The translations under genes were made by a program, and so were the position numbers. Source: the human T2T-CHM13v2.0 reference genome, Homo sapiens. Taken from it: a stretch of DNA of 64,000 nucleotides. Positions within the stretch are counted from its first letter, which is position 1, and every line of letters starts with the position of its first letter. The notes below the pieces were generated by a model that had not been told where the DNA came from, made no database searches, and saw only the letters and a list, made by a program, of their open reading frames with translations. The stretch is from NCBI RefSeq assembly GCF_009914755.1, contig NC_060936.1; one strand, given 5' to 3'. Shown piece by piece: positions 42,394 through 56,877 of this stretch.

Positions 42394-45300
42394 ATAGCAT
42401 TCAGCCACTTCTCACTATCCCCATCATGACCACCCTGGCCTGACCACCACATCTTTCATCTGGCTCATTCTAACAGCATCCTACCTAGTCTTCCTGCTAC
42501 CACTTTTCATCCTTCTTCGATGGCAGCCCAAATGATCCTTCAAAATGCAAATTATGTTACTCTCTTGGCTACATTTTTGTGATTACTTTCCATTGCCCTC
42601 ACAATAAAATCCACACTAATTGTTTGAGGGGAGGAGAACATTTCTGTCTGACTTCTCTGGTTCCATAAAGGATTTTTTGCTAAATAATCCTAGGTTTTTG
42701 TTCCATTTTTAAATCCTCCCCAGGGAGGTATTTAATTGCTGGATCAGTGAGTTGGGAGAGGAACTGACCACACATATGGATTAGCCCCTTGCTCTCATGC
42801 CTCACTTTGTGATCTGTGCACACACAGAGAACTTGGCCTGCAGCTCTGCTCTTTGCCAGCAAGAGAAAGGGTCCTCTCTTCAGTGGGGACTTTTGTATGC
42901 TTGGCTCCTTCTTACATAGAGATTCATCTCAAATGGCACCTGATCATCCTGTCTAAAGTAAGCCCTTCCCCCATCACTCTTATAGGAACCACTGTTATTT
43001 TCTTTAAAACTCCACTCAGTGCCTGATATTTTATTGATCATTTCTGTTGTCTTTTTATTTTTCCTGTCATACCATACTGAAATGTAAATCCATAACCAGG
43101 GGAATCTTTATCTTCTTATGCACTCTTATATCTCCAAAGCCTATAACCACCCCTGGCACGGGTAGATGATAAATAATTATCAAACAGCTGAATCTGGAGA
43201 AGTAAAGGAAGGCTTGGTACTGAAAGACAGCTAAGGTCCCAAAATGTCATAGCAAAAAACATTCACCCTCTTCAAAGAGAGAAATTTTGAAAAATTTAAA
43301 CTTAAAAAAATTATTCAATATTTCTGTAACTGAATAAAGGACAAAAGGAATTTAAGTAGTTAAACTTTCAAATAATGACTTTTACAAGGCACCTTAAGAA
43401 ATAATTAAAATAGCTATAGCTATGCAGAATACACAGTGTTTTCCATTGGCTAGCTAAAAGAAATACATCAGTAGAGAAATCAGCACTTGATTATATCACA
43501 AATGGTCACATTTGGTTAATTGCTTAATAACTTAATAATGTAAATGGACATTTTACCTATAAGTAAAAGCCTGAAAAATGTAATTGAGTTTGCTCCCCTA
43601 TATGAATAATATCTAACTTTCAGATTCTATTAATCAGTTTTAATCACACACACACATACAAAATGCTGCTGTCCCCAGTTGTCTAAATAGAAACATTCAT
43701 TTTGGATACAAAAGCAGCTGTAACATAACATTAATCTCTGTAACACCACAGGTGAGTTAAAGGACATGATTTTAAAACAATTGTCTTCCTTTTACTATAT
43801 AAAGACAGTTTTTAATTTACTGTCAATATCTCTTGTTCACTTTCTAGTGGTTTTATGATAAGTCTAGGCTTAAAAAAATCTAAGGCATCATATATCTGAG
43901 ACACAGATAATGATCATCTTGACTGACAGTGTTTAAATTCCCACAGCCCCTATTCTCCAAAATGAATGTATTAATGAAATTGAAGATTCTCAGGAATTAA
44001 AAAGAAAAGAGGTAAATTCCCCTTTTCACACTTCATTTCATTGATGCTCTCTATCTTTTCCTCTTACAGATGAAGCTTGGTAAGACATCTGGGCAACCGG
44101 ATTATCACTGCTGTTGTCAAAGTGACATTTGATTAAGCCAAACTTCTAGGGTTTATCTTTAAAAGTACTGGATTCTTATGCTAAGAAGTTAATCCTTGTG
44201 TTTCTTATTCCATACATTTGCAGGTTCAGCCAAAGTTTTTAATTCTGCCTCTTCTTCCATGATAGTCTAAGTGACACTTGCTGTTTCTTTTGGAGATCTT
44301 CAAGTAATGTAGGTAGCCTTAGCAAATTCGCATCACTGCAAATGCCTCCCTCCTATTTTTATAAAGTAAGGAGGTTATTATATTCTCTTAGCTATTGATT
44401 TTTATTGATTCTTGCCAATGTTTCTAAAATGTAAAGTAATACACAAACTGCTTTCAAAGAACAAAATATCTTAACTATTGGTGTTAAATTAATTTTTTGT
44501 AAAGTTACTTAAAATTGATACAGACATAAATTCAGCTGTAAATTCCTTTTGTTTATAGATCTCAACTACTCTAAAACAGAAATAAACTGAAATATCACTA
44601 AAAATTCCTATAAAACCAATAAAGTTATAATTTTATTTACTGCAAAGGAGGAAGTTGTGTTGCTAGAATTAAATTGCCAAAGTTAGAGATTTATGGTAAA
44701 AAGATGAAGCCTCAGGTCTAGTTTTATATGTGACATACTTTTCAGTTTTAACTTAATAATAGTATTAATTCATAAAGTAGATATTTACACAAATATGATT
44801 GTTAAGAACACATCAATAACTCAAATTTTTGTCCACTCATACGGAAAACTCAGACAAGCACCTTTTATGAATCAAGTTCATCAGACATACTCTCAAATGC
44901 CAATTTTAATAGTCACTTGATAACTCTGAAAACTCTTACTCAAATTAACATTAAACTGAGTTTAATTCAATAATTACTGGAATTGGGAAAATAAGAATTA
45001 TTCATTTCATATTTACTACCATAGTTCTTGCTAATGAAATATTACAAATTGACATACACAAACAGAATTAGTATGATACCATTGATTATAACATTTATAT
45101 GTAGTACAATTTCAGCACAGGTACTTTGTGGTTGGTGAGCCTATACTACCTTGTGTCTCATAATCACACGATTCTGTCATTGATATTCTCTGGGCTACAT
45201 TAATAACTTCTTTGACAATGTAATTGGCTTTTATCTGGGGCAAATACCATCTTAAATACAAATGTAAATGTAGGCAGTGTAATTATATGATAATACTCAA

Positions 45301-46135
45301 TAGAACTCTTGAATGCTCAAAACTTTGTCTGCAGATCCATGGAAATTTTGACTTTAAATAGCCATTAACTGCATAAAAAATGCAGATAATATTGATAAGT
45401 ATAGTGTGTGTTTCCAAGGAGAGCCACATGTTTTTCCTTTCCTTTCCTTTCCTTTCCTTATCTTTTCTAAACCTCTTCCTCCATCCTCTCTCCCAACTAG
45501 ACCTAGGAAGGGGTGGAAAGGAGGGGCTCAGCAAGGCTAAAATTGTTACTCATCTTCTATATGCCTAGTGATTTACAAACTTAACCTCATTTAATTTTCA
45601 CACCATTCTAGAAAGTTAATCAGTCAGGACACAGGAGTTCAGAAAGTTTACATAGCACTTAATCCCACAAACTGCAACCAGTTTCCAAATCTAGCTTTTT
45701 CTCTCTCCAAATCCAGAACTCTTTCCCTTGGAAGCTCAATCCAAAGAAAGTATATTATAAAATTTAAGCTATAATCATCTCTTTATTATGATTTTTTTTC
45801 TCAAAAGACAGAAAACATTTTAAGCAGAGATGTATCATATTCACTTTGGTGACAAGAGCCTAGCCTAGTGTGCATATTTAATAGGGCCTCACTAGCCTTC
45901 TGTTGAATGAAAAAATGAATTAAGTAAATGAAGGGAAGAATAAGCAAATCTGTTCCTGGACATAAATTATACATTTTCAAATCAATCAAAGTTTAGCTCA
46001 TTCTTTCCCTGCAACTGGAATGAGACATTATTCCACTGACTCTCTTTTTTAAGCTTTCATTGGCAAACCCAGAAAACAAGAACAGAGACCTAGAATATTT
46101 GCCCTATGGAGTTAACCCTAGAAAATTTATATCTG

Positions 46136-46430
46136 GGCCGGGTGTGGTGGCTCACACCTGTAATCCCAGCACTTTGGGAGGCCAAGGAGGGTGGATCACA
46201 AGGTCAGGCGTTCAAGACCAGCCTGGCCAACATGGTGAAACCCATCTCTACTAAAAATACAAAAATTAGTCGGGTGTGGTGGCGGGTACCTGTAATCCCA
46301 GCTACTCTGGAGGCTGAGGTAGGAGAATCACTTGAACTCAGGAGGCGGAGGTTGCAGCACGCCACTGCACTCCAGCCTGGAAAACAAGAGCAAGACTCCA
46401 TCTTGGGGAGAAAAAAAAGAAAAAGAAAAA
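46136..46430 (+). mobile_element. AluS (Sg-like) with small right-arm deletion
   Basis: Dimer; GGTTGCAG joined to CACGCCACTG, lacking TGAGCCGAGAT. Confidence 0.92.
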
Positions 46431-46451
46431 ATAATTTTATCAGGTGACAGA

Positions 46452-46610
46452 ATTTTTTTTATTTATTACCAAATACTTTTTTTTTCAGATTCAGTGTTTA
46501 CATGTGCAGGTTTATTACATGGATATATTGTGTGATGCTGAGGTTTGGGCTTCAATTGAACCCATCAGCCACATAGTGAACATAATACCCAACAGGTAGC
46601 TTTTAATCTT
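46452..46610 (-). mobile_element. L1PB 3' terminal fragment
   Basis: TACATGTGCAGGTTTATTACATGGATATATTGTGTGATGCTGAGGTTTGGGCTTC..CCCAACAGGTAG. Confidence 0.8.
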
Positions 46611-48009
46611 AAGCCTCATGAGCTACAAGTGTGAGGTCAGGCCTTGAATGATACCCTATACAAATAAAACAATTCTGAAAGTTGTATTAGTATATTTACT
46701 TTATTTGCCAGAGGAAAAAAAAAAGACTGATAGAAAAAAAAAATCACTAATCAAAGTCCTAAAACAGTGATCTTTCTCATGGGCTATGAAATATGACAGA
46801 CTTTGTCTTATACTTCCCACTCATTTATTCATTCATTTATTCATTTAGCTAATTATTATTTTTATCATTATCACCTACTATTTTTAATATTGTGCTGGAT
46901 TCTAAAAATTGTACCAGAAACTATTTTTTTAATGTGTCCTTTTCTGCGAAAACAATGTCAGAGTAGAGGCAAGAAAATGGTAAATCATGCAACACAAGCA
47001 AAAATGCAAGCAGTATAAAGACAAATGCTAAATTAATTGGCCTTGACCTTAAATATAATAAGAAGGCATAATAGCTGTCACACTGAGACCTATGCAAGTG
47101 TTCTCAGGTTGCAACTGAAAGTATCTGTACCTTGAAGCTTTGAGAGGATAGTGACCATAATGGGTTTCCCAAAGATCATCCCCCAACTGTGTTATTTCTT
47201 TTTTGTTTACTTCTATAATTTGTTTTGAGAGGTACTCATAAGCCATGGTCTAGTTCAGTGGTAAATATTGTAATATGGGACTGGTACAGGACACAGTTAT
47301 GAGCACTGCTCACAGTTAAGGACAGTTATTCATACATATAACAAAATAAGAGGATTTAAGTTTCTGCTAAAAGGAGTAGATACATGCAACAGCTGGGTGA
47401 TTTCAATATGTTATCAACAAGCAAAATTCAGCAAAAAAAGCTAACATAAAGGTGATTTGTTTCACAGTAATAGGCAAGTTACAGTAAATACATTAAATTG
47501 CAAATAACAGATGAGTTTGCAAAAATTTGATTACATCTTAATGAATTCTTAAATACTTTCTTTAGTGCCATTATAATTTTTTCTACTGTGGGGTCTTTAA
47601 CAGCAATAACATGCTCTTTCTCATTCTCCGTGTGTAATAACTGGCCTGTTTGGAAGGATAGTAAATAATGTGTTTAATATTAATTAGACTAATATAGGAG
47701 TATTGAGATCTATTTGTATTTGCAAATAATCCCCTTGCAAATAATTTCTTTTCAAATATAAATAGGGACAGAGGAGGTAGGGGACCTTTGAATTTTAGCA
47801 GTGTCAGAACATCTCTATCTTCATCGTATTTACAAAATATACAGAAAAATCCTCCTCTACTTTATTCACTGAGATTGGAAGCTGAAGCTGCTCAGAATAG
47901 GACCTCATACATTATTTTTTTGAAGTGCCCTCTGGCCTGGTCTCTTATGTGTTATAGTTAACACCATTTTATTGTAGTTGTTGTTGTTGTTATACACTTC
48001 CTCTGGAGC

Positions 48010-48465
48010 TGGGTATTTTTGGAACCCAACAAAGCTTAAGCTTCAGGGCTCCTCATCTGAAGAGGCTGGTTTCAAGCCCCTAAGAGAGACTCTGGCAATA
48101 TTCTTCTGGTCTTCTGCTTTGGTATAATTCGCAAAAAATGTTTTAACTGCAATTAAATTTAAAGCACTTTTTTGAGGACATTTTCTCTTTCACAATGCTT
48201 CCCCTGTCAGGTATCATTGAAGTAGCCATGGGTATATTTGGATTGGGCACAAAGAAAAATGAGATGGTGATACACTTAGATTTTGCTTGGATTTAGTGGC
48301 ATTTATGAATGCAGTTTGTAGTCATGTCTGTATATAGTTATTGTTAACTGCCTTGGTGAAGAAATGGCATCTAGCAATATTCTTGCTATCTGTGCTAAAT
48401 CTCTGGGCCTGAAATCTTGATATAAATGTGTCCCATGGTATCCTGCACCTGAAGTATGTGGGTAG
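48010..48465 (+). mobile_element. MER115/Zaphod-like hAT-Tip100 fragment
   Basis: AAGCTTAAGCTTCAGGGCTCCTCA..GATACACTTAG..GGATTTAGTGG..GAAGTATGTGGGTAG. Confidence 0.6.
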
Positions 48466-48637
48466 TTTCTGGCTCCGTTTCTCCTTATTTATTCTTTATC
48501 TAGACTGCTGAAATAAAATGGTTTTACCCAAAACCTGTTATGTCTTAGGAGAAGAAAGCTAAAGTTCAAACTTCATCACCTCAAATTTATTCCTCATTCC
48601 CACAAGAATAGGTACAACAAATTTTAAAGATAGCTAC

Positions 48638-49019
48638 GGCTATAGTTTGAATGTTTGTGCTCCCTCCAAAATTCATGTTGAAACTTAATCCCCAATGCAA
48701 CGGTATTAAGATGTGGATGTTTTGGGGAGATGGTTAGGTCATGAGGAATCTTCCCTCATGAATGGGATTAATGACCTTATAAAAGAAGTGTGAGAGAGCT
48801 TTTTGTGCCTTTTGCCCTTCCACCTCCTCCATGTGAGTATACAGCAACAAGGCACCATCCTGAAGCAGAGAGAGAGAGACGCCCTCCCCAGACAGTGAAC
48901 CTGCTGGTGCCTTGACCTTGGACTTCCTAGCCTCCAAAACTGTGAGAAATAAGTTTCCATTAATCATAACTTACCCAGTCTTAGGTATTTTGCCATAGGA
49001 GCACAAACAGATGAAGACA
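48638..49019 (+). mobile_element. MSTD-like solo LTR
   Basis: GCTATAGTTTGAATGTTTGTG..CCCTCCAAAATTCATGTTGAAACTTAATCCCCAATGCAAC..GGACTTCCTAGCCTCCAAAACTGTGAGAAATAA..GAAGACA. Confidence 0.85.
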
Positions 49020-49164
49020 ACTGCAACATTTTTTTCTAAAATAGTTTAAAATTTTTCTTTTCTAAGGAGTCCTCAAACAAATGAATAAAAACAGACAGCA
49101 AAACAAAAGTGGGATTTTTAAAATACTGAGTCTCTTCATTCTATATTCACATCGTACCCCTGGC

Positions 49165-49874
49165 TGACAGATGAGGTGAACTCTTTGTGGCTAAGATGAG
49201 ACCCTTGAAAGAAAATTAAGTGGTCATAATAGGGAAAAGTGATTGGTCACATCCTCCTATATTGTTAATTACTAGAAGACTTGTTCATTGCCATAAGGTT
49301 TTCTTCCTGCAGTTAGGCAGAAACTGTTCCAGGAAAACACTGCCCAGCTGGCTCCAATGGACGGCCTGATGCCAGCTAAGTGGTAGATTCCCATCTTGGG
49401 GTCCTGCCAGCCACGCCCACCAGATAGATGACCAACCTTACAAACATTCCTCCTGATAAGCAGCTACAGACCCTGAGCCAATTCCAGCCAGCCTACAAAG
49501 ACTACACACAAAATGTATTTGTGCCCTACAGCTCACCTTATGACATAAAAAGCCGAAGTCCATCTAATTTTAATGTTAAAACCCTGTCCCAAAGTGAACA
49601 TGGGATGTATGTTAGATATATGTTAACTCACTGCACATGTGCTTGACTTTTTTTAATAAATATTCACAGACATTCCCAAACGTGATGAATATTCATGGCT
49701 ATGCATGGAGACAGACCACTGAAGGCTTAAATGACAATGTATTCTTCCTTTCTACAAAGTATGTGTTTTCAATTTCCTCAGAAGCTTCATTTCCCCAATT
49801 TACAGATTGTCACTCAGAAAATAAAGTTTTCTCCCTTTTCCTTACTCCACAGATCTCATGGGCATTTGTTAACA
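49165..49874 (+). mobile_element. MER39-like (ERV1) solo LTR
   Basis: TTTTAATGTTAAAACCCTGTCCCAAAGTGAACATGGGATGTATGTTA..AATAAAG..TTTGTTAACA. Confidence 0.7.
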
Positions 49875-50846
49875 CCTGATTACATCTGACAGAAATGTGC
49901 TAAAACGGATCAATTTGTATCTATTTGAAAAAGTTCTCACTAATTAAGATTGTTGTATTTTCATGAAATATTAGATAAACACTACAACTCACACTCTTAT
50001 TCTCTCTGGTAATAATATGATATTTTGAAAATATAATTAAATTTAGTTATCTTGAAAATGTATTTTTTTTTTGTTTTTAAACGATTGGTAAAAGAGAGTT
50101 TATCAATTTTGTTTTCAACAGAATGAGTTTCATAGGTTCCTACATTTTTTTGGTACTTATTTTTACCCTGTTAGGAAATGTCAGTAAATGAATAAAAGCT
50201 GTGTCCTCTTGATAAGAGAAAAAAAATCGAATTGGTCCCTTCTCAGGATTTTCAATTTATTTTGAAATTGTCTATTAGCATTACTACTTACAAGATTTGT
50301 GTCAGTTGTAACTAAGCTATCTCATCATTATTGGAATGGCACAGGAGATTAACACTGCATTTGTTTTGAAGGCCACTTTCTCGTACAAGAGATATATGGA
50401 TCGTTTTCTTGTGCAGCTTCTTATAGCTTCTTCTATGTAGCTTCAGAAAGAATGATACCTTAAATATTTACCGTAGAGAGGTGACAGACAGAGGAAAGAT
50501 ACAATCCACAACAGAGAAATATATTAGTAAAAGCCATTGTGCTAACTCCTTCAGTGAGCACCTCCTCTGTGTTGAGACAACTGTAGTCACTGGGAATACA
50601 GTGGTAACCAAGACTGATACTGTATTGGCCACTATCATACTTCAAACTATTTGGATATAGAGGAGAGAACATTGAATTCCGAATTCAAAATGGAGTGCAA
50701 TCAAAAGCTCAAATTAGCAAGCCCCCAAGAGAAATGGCAAACAAAAGGACTTGACTTCAGTGGAAAATATCATTTAGAGGCTGTGAAGTAAGATTCTGGA
50801 GTGGTGAAGAGGAAGGGAAAAGGAGTGGCTAAAATACTGAAATTAA

Positions 50847-51161
<315 letters not shown>

Positions 51162-51499
51162 TGAAACTAATATTTTTAAATTAAATGAAAAATTGAATTT
51201 TAGATACAACCTAGTGTGTATCTGAGTGAAACTATAAACATATGTAGCTGCTCAATGACTTTATCCAAACCATAAATGCATGCATGAAACTTCATTTAAC
51301 CTAATTGGGTTGTGTTAGACTTTAAAATCATTTTTAAATATTTTTTGGACGTTTTGAATGTAGCATTTCAAACAAGCAGGTATCATGCTTTTTCCTTTGG
51401 TAAATTTGATTTTGGAGGAGGAATTTTGGAAGACGTAATTTATCAGTTAATCAAGAAAGATCAATTCTAAAAACATAAAAGAATTATAGAGAAAGTAAT

Positions 51500-52350
51500 A
51501 TTTATTCATTTGTTTAATACTTTTTCTTTGAATATCTATATGCCAGGCACTACTTCTATGTCTCAGGAGTAAGATGGGAACCAAAAAGAAAATTTCTCTA
51601 CTTTGCATTAAAGTGAGAGAGACAAATAAGAAGGGAACAAAAAAATTATTATATAATACAATGACAGGTGGAGATGAGTACCATGAGAAAAAGTGGAACA
51701 GGTATAGGAAGGGGTGGAGGGGGTGGGAGGTGGCATGGATATTTTAGATACCAAGGTAGGGATGTCTGAGGAGGTGACATTTGAACAAGGACCTGAAGGA
51801 AACTGGGAATGAGCCATGTGAGAATCTTGTTGTGGGAGGGAAAGAGAGAGCTTCCAGGCAGAGGGAACAGTGAATGTAAATGCCCCGAGGTAGGATCCAT
51901 TGGGTCTGTGAGCAAACAGAAGTGGAATGAGAAGACAGAGTAGTAATCATGTAGGACAAATTAGTAAAGCCTTTGAATTTTATTCTAAATACACTGAAAA
52001 CCAGCTGGAGGTTTTGAGCAGAAGAATAACAAGATCTGACATATGTTTTAAAAAGATCTCCCTTTTGTGTTGGGAAAAACTGAAGGGCATGATGATAGAA
52101 ACTGGAAAAGTTGTTAAAGTGCCATTAGGAATAATCTAAGTAAGAGATTTGGCTTGGATAAATGGGAGTAAGGAAGGTAGTCAAAAGTGGCTAAATTTTG
52201 AATCTATTTTGGAAAAGCACTGACAGAATCTGCTAATAGTATAGTGCATAAAGTCAGAAAACTAGCAGAGTTTATGATGATGCCAAAGTCTGGCATCTAG
52301 GCAGCTGGGTAAGTGGTCATGCCATTTACTAAACTGGGGACAATTCAGAG
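51500..52350 (-). mobile_element. L2 (L2a-like) 3' part
   Basis: TATATGCCAGGCACT, CTGAGGAGGTGACATTTGAACAAGGACCTGAAGG, TTCCAGGCAGAGGGAACAG, GAGGTTTTGAGCAGAAGAATAACAAGATCTGA. Confidence 0.85.
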
Positions 52351-52357
52351 AGGAATA

Positions 52358-52548
52358 GTCAGGTGCATACAGTGGTAGTTGGCATTCTTTTGCATGCACC
52401 TGTAGTTTCAGCTACTTAGGAGTCTGAAGCAGGAGGATGGCTTGAGCCCAGTAGTTCCACTCCAGTTGGGACAACGTAGCAAGACTCTGTCTCAAACAAA
52501 AACGAATAAAAAGACAAAAAAAAAAAAAAAAGAGAGAGAGAGAGAAAT
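52358..52548 (+). mobile_element. FLAM-like Alu monomer
   Basis: CACCTGTAGTTTCAGCTACTTAGGAG..GGAGGATGGCTTGAGCCCAG..GCAAGACTCTGTCTC plus A/(GA) tail; TSD AGAGAGG(A/G)ATA. Confidence 0.75.
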
Positions 52549-55494
52549 AGAGAGGGATAGATTTGGTGGGGAATGGCGAAAATGAGAGAGAATCTAAGAA
52601 AATGTTGGAGAGATGCTCTTATTCAGTACAAAAATAGAACGTAAAAGCAAGAAAGCAAGAGGTTAAGTGAAACGTAAAGACGAAAGTCTCAAATGATACT
52701 TTAAATGTAGCAATTGTGTTTGATTGAAATTAAAGCTTTTTTAAAGTGCAATTACCTGACTTTATAATTGAATAGTTCTGTTGGCACAGACTAGGAAATA
52801 TCCTCACATTACTGGCAGACTTTACATTGAATAGTCATTATATTATCATGATATTACGCTTCCCTGGAGAATTGCTTTAATGGTATACTAATATGTCAGT
52901 CACTTGAAGCCCGCAGACAAGTAAAGCACAGTAGGTCTGCCTATTCATGTCTTACTGTCGAGCCTGAAAAAGAAGGTGCCACAATCTAACATCTTGCTCA
53001 CATGGAAAGTGATGGCAGCCCTAGAAGATAATAATCTTCCATGGGGTGGACAAAGGGCCAGCATGCTGTTAGATGCTGCTAATGTGTCTTTCCAGAGCAA
53101 CTCATTACTCAGAAGTTTTAAATTTTTTAAAGAAAAAAAGACTTTCAGGGCACAATTTTCTTTAGCGAATACTTATGACAGAGCATTTCATCTTCTTTCT
53201 GGGTCACAAAGCTGCCTATCTATTAGGGATGGTTAAAGTCAGCTTTGATAAATTGGAAGCCTATTTAAAATTCTCCAGCTCAGAGCCATTATCTCTCCAT
53301 GGCTTTTAGTATTTCTAATTTTCTATTTTCAGTCTAATGGGAAAACGGGGAGAAAGGGTATCTCCCTTCTCATGTAATATATGACTTTGATTGCTGGGGT
53401 TTGGTTGCATAACAGTTTGTACGTCACAGGTATTGATTATATTAACATCAAACAGCAGTTTTTATAGCTATAAAACAGCATCAGAGTTGGTCCTAAAAGA
53501 AAACATGGTAAAATCATTCTTTGCACGTCAGCCCCTGATCCAATTCAAAATATTACAGCTTATCAGATTTTTGCTTTCCAGCATCTCTCCCACCATTTTA
53601 ATAGAAATAACTTCATTAAGTATAGGCTTTGATCTTTTGTCAATATACTATAGGAAAAAACAACAGCTGTAAGAATAAGAGATCTTACCCTTACACCTGA
53701 CAAGAAAACAAAAAAGGAGTGTCCAAAATTCTGGGGAGCAGGAGGGCTAAAACCAACCCTACTTGCCTTCCATTAATGTCTAGGATTAGCTCAAAATATC
53801 ATAAGATGCATGGCAGTACAATTGGACAAACTCTACAGAACTATCAGGTAAACCACTATGCCACTGAAGAACACAAAATCAAATTCTGAAGCATTGCAAG
53901 CTTAGGCAATTCCTTTGCTTTGTGAGGTATACTCATTCTACAAAGTTGTTGTCTAAGCTTTTACTATTAATATTTATTCTAAATCATTCCCCTTATCAGC
54001 AAGCTGAGTTTCATCCTCAAGTGCATTTAAACCTAGCTGACCTTACTGGGATATTTCACATTTGCCACACAATAAAACAGTTTGAAATGCAAGTTATCTC
54101 TGATACCACTAAGTAATTCCACCCTGCAGTGCAGACAGTACATCTTCAAATCATTATTTTATCCCCTTTCCTCAGACTAATCCCCTGACCATTTCTAGCT
54201 GGCCCCTCTGCCATACAGGCCTCCTTTTATAAGTGAATGGTTTGTGTTTCTTTTAGTACTGATGATATTTTATTGTCTTAGTCCTCTTCACATTGAGTGT
54301 GACACCTAAAATTGCCTAGAACTAAGTAGGAGTTAAATAAATGTTAGTTACATTTACAAATTAATTCTAATGATACCATATCTAGCAAGACATTATTTCT
54401 GCCTTTGAAAAGTTTTGGTTTAACTAGCAAGGTATTGGAAGGATTCCTAAGGAGATGATGGTTAAATATCTGAGCAGAATTTAAGAAAAGGGGGCATAGG
54501 CCCTGCTGGCCATAAACTCCTGCCTCCTGGAAATCCCTACAAATCCTTGCAATAGAAAGAGCCATTGATTAAAGCTTTAAGATCTGAATCTACATGTTAT
54601 CTAATATTTGAGAAAACCTGCTTTATTAGCTCCAAATATAGCCAAAAAATGCAAAGCAGCTATTATTATTATTATTATTGCTACTGGATCATTATATATA
54701 TATATATGGACTATGTCCTTTGTGGTGCTCATGGAACTATAATTCATAAATACTTTGAAATCTTCAGGTAAAAGACATTATTTTAAATAAAGCAATTTCA
54801 GCATAATATATTGAGTTTTCTCCTTCCTTACTCTAGAGCAGACCTTTGCTTTGTATTCACAATGTTGCTCTATTTGGAGAAAACTTGTCTTAAACAACCT
54901 AGAGGAAAGCAGAGACTCATTAAAAAAAAAAAAGGCAGCCAAAGGAGTTATTATTTTCTCTTTTTAAAATAAGATGATGAGAAATCAGAACAAAGAGGTT
55001 AAATAATGAAAAGAAAAGGGATTCTGGAAGTCAGTAGTATGGCTCAGTTAGAGTGAGGTAATTTTCGGTTACATAATAAAGTGGTTTAAAAAAAATAAGA
55101 AAGACTGCAGAAGAGGCGTGGGCACTGAGACAGTCCTAGGAGGACGCTGCCTCTTTCAGGAAGCTCACTAACACCTTCTTCTCTGGCCTGCTGTCCCACA
55201 GTGCTTGACACTCAAACATATACAGCCTTGCTTTCTTAAAGGAAAAGTCCTTGGCAGGCTTATTTGTCTTCATGGAAACTTCAATGCATACTTCTTAGAA
55301 TCCTTCAAACAGTTTAGAACAATGCCAAGAAGATATTTGGTGAGTGCATTGGATCTGGTGAATTAGGTCATATATGGTGAAATATTTAAAGATATCAGGA
55401 CTTTGAGGGAGAAAAGAGGTGATTGAGCCTTAGTTAAAACTTTTCAGTTCGGAAATAAAGGGATCTCATCAAGTACAGCAACCTTTGAGCGAGA

Positions 55495-56014
55495 GGTCTT
55501 TAACATTCTCTCAGTTTGATGAAACCGAAGACAGGCTTCTTTCTGATTCTAGGACCCTGACCTCCCTTTTCTTAGAGCATTTACCTCAGAAATCTTACCA
55601 ATTCTTTCTCTGCCCCTTTGAGATGTAAATACGTTTAAAAGTTTCTAAACCAATTTTACAACCCAAGAATGTTTCTCTCAAAAACCTGGGCACCATCTTT
55701 TTGAAATGTATTCATCAAAGAAGATAGCGCTCCCATCTCCCATTCTGTCTAGGAGAGTATGTTGCTAACTCTTGTAGATGTCTTGCTCCAAGATGCAAAA
55801 CTACCTCCTGTGGGTAAGGCCAACTAGAAAATACAGGTAGCCTAAGATCACCGCCACCACCATCATGGTTCTTAAAATCTCTCTGGCCCTTCATTTCAGC
55901 ATAGCTGCATACTCAGTCTTGGTGTGCTCTCTCCCCTGTTGCTGGCAATAGTTGACATAATAAACTCAACTTCTTTTTGCCCTTTCTGTCTAATGTGATT
56001 TATTTCTTTAACAC
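55495..56014 (+). mobile_element. MER67-like (ERV1) solo LTR
   Basis: Colinear with 40370-40912: CCCTGACCTCCCTTTTCTTAGAGCAT..CATCAAAGAAGATAGC..AAAACTACCTCCTG..AATAAA..TTTAACA. Confidence 0.7.
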
Positions 56015-56679
56015 ATTGCTGCTCCTACGCAAAGAAAAGAAAAAGGGATTTACACTTAGAATGCTGCTGTGTCTGATCCTTCCTTGACAGGTGCCTTTGT
56101 AGGTTCTGCCACTTGCTTCAGCTCTGTCAGGGAATGGGGCACAACACCCCTTCATTTGGGCAGTCATCAAACTCTACCCTCTCCCAGTCTGAGATGCCAT
56201 GTTGCTCTTCCTTTTCTTCTTCCTTCTTCTCCTCCTTTCTTCCTTTTCCTCCTCCTTCTTTTTCTTCCCCTATCTCTCTCTTACCAGCCCCCTTTCTTAA
56301 GTGAAAATTTTTCTCTTCACTCCCTAAAAGACGTTTAGGACCTAAATATTTTGAATGAGCTGAGGCTTTCAGAGGTGATAGAATAAAGTCTCTTTCATTC
56401 TAATATGAACAACATTGTTCTTCCTCCTTTCCCAAAACAGCCCCCGAGGCATGGAAAGTAAAGGATGAGGCTACATTCTTCAAAGGGAGAAAGGTGGAGA
56501 CACAATAGGAGGCACAGAAAATACAACTTCAAAAACCTGACATCTCAACAAAATATACTGCTAAAATAGCATGGCCAAATTATTCACCCCAGGGAGAAAC
56601 AAGATTTTGGCCTCCATTATTTTTCTATGAATGATTCCAACGGAACTCTCCTTGAACATGAGACAAAGTGGTAGGCAGC

Positions 56680-56820
56680 CTGTAGACCAGCAGCACTGGC
56701 ATCACCTGGGAGCTTTTGGGATGCAGAATCTCAAGTCCCATCTAGACCTACCAGAACTGACCTGTGGTGTAATAAGGATCCCAGGTGATTCCAACGCTCA
56801 CTAAGGTTTGAGACACTCTG
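56680..56820. mobile_element. MER5A
   Basis: GACCAGCAGCACTGGCATCACCTGGGAGCTT..ATGCAGAATCTC..CCCAGGTGATTC..AAGGTTTGAGACACTCTG. Confidence 0.8.
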
Positions 56821-56877
56821 GCAAAGACAGCAAGCTCTGGAGCCAGACTACTAATAATGGCATTTCAGCACTGTGTT

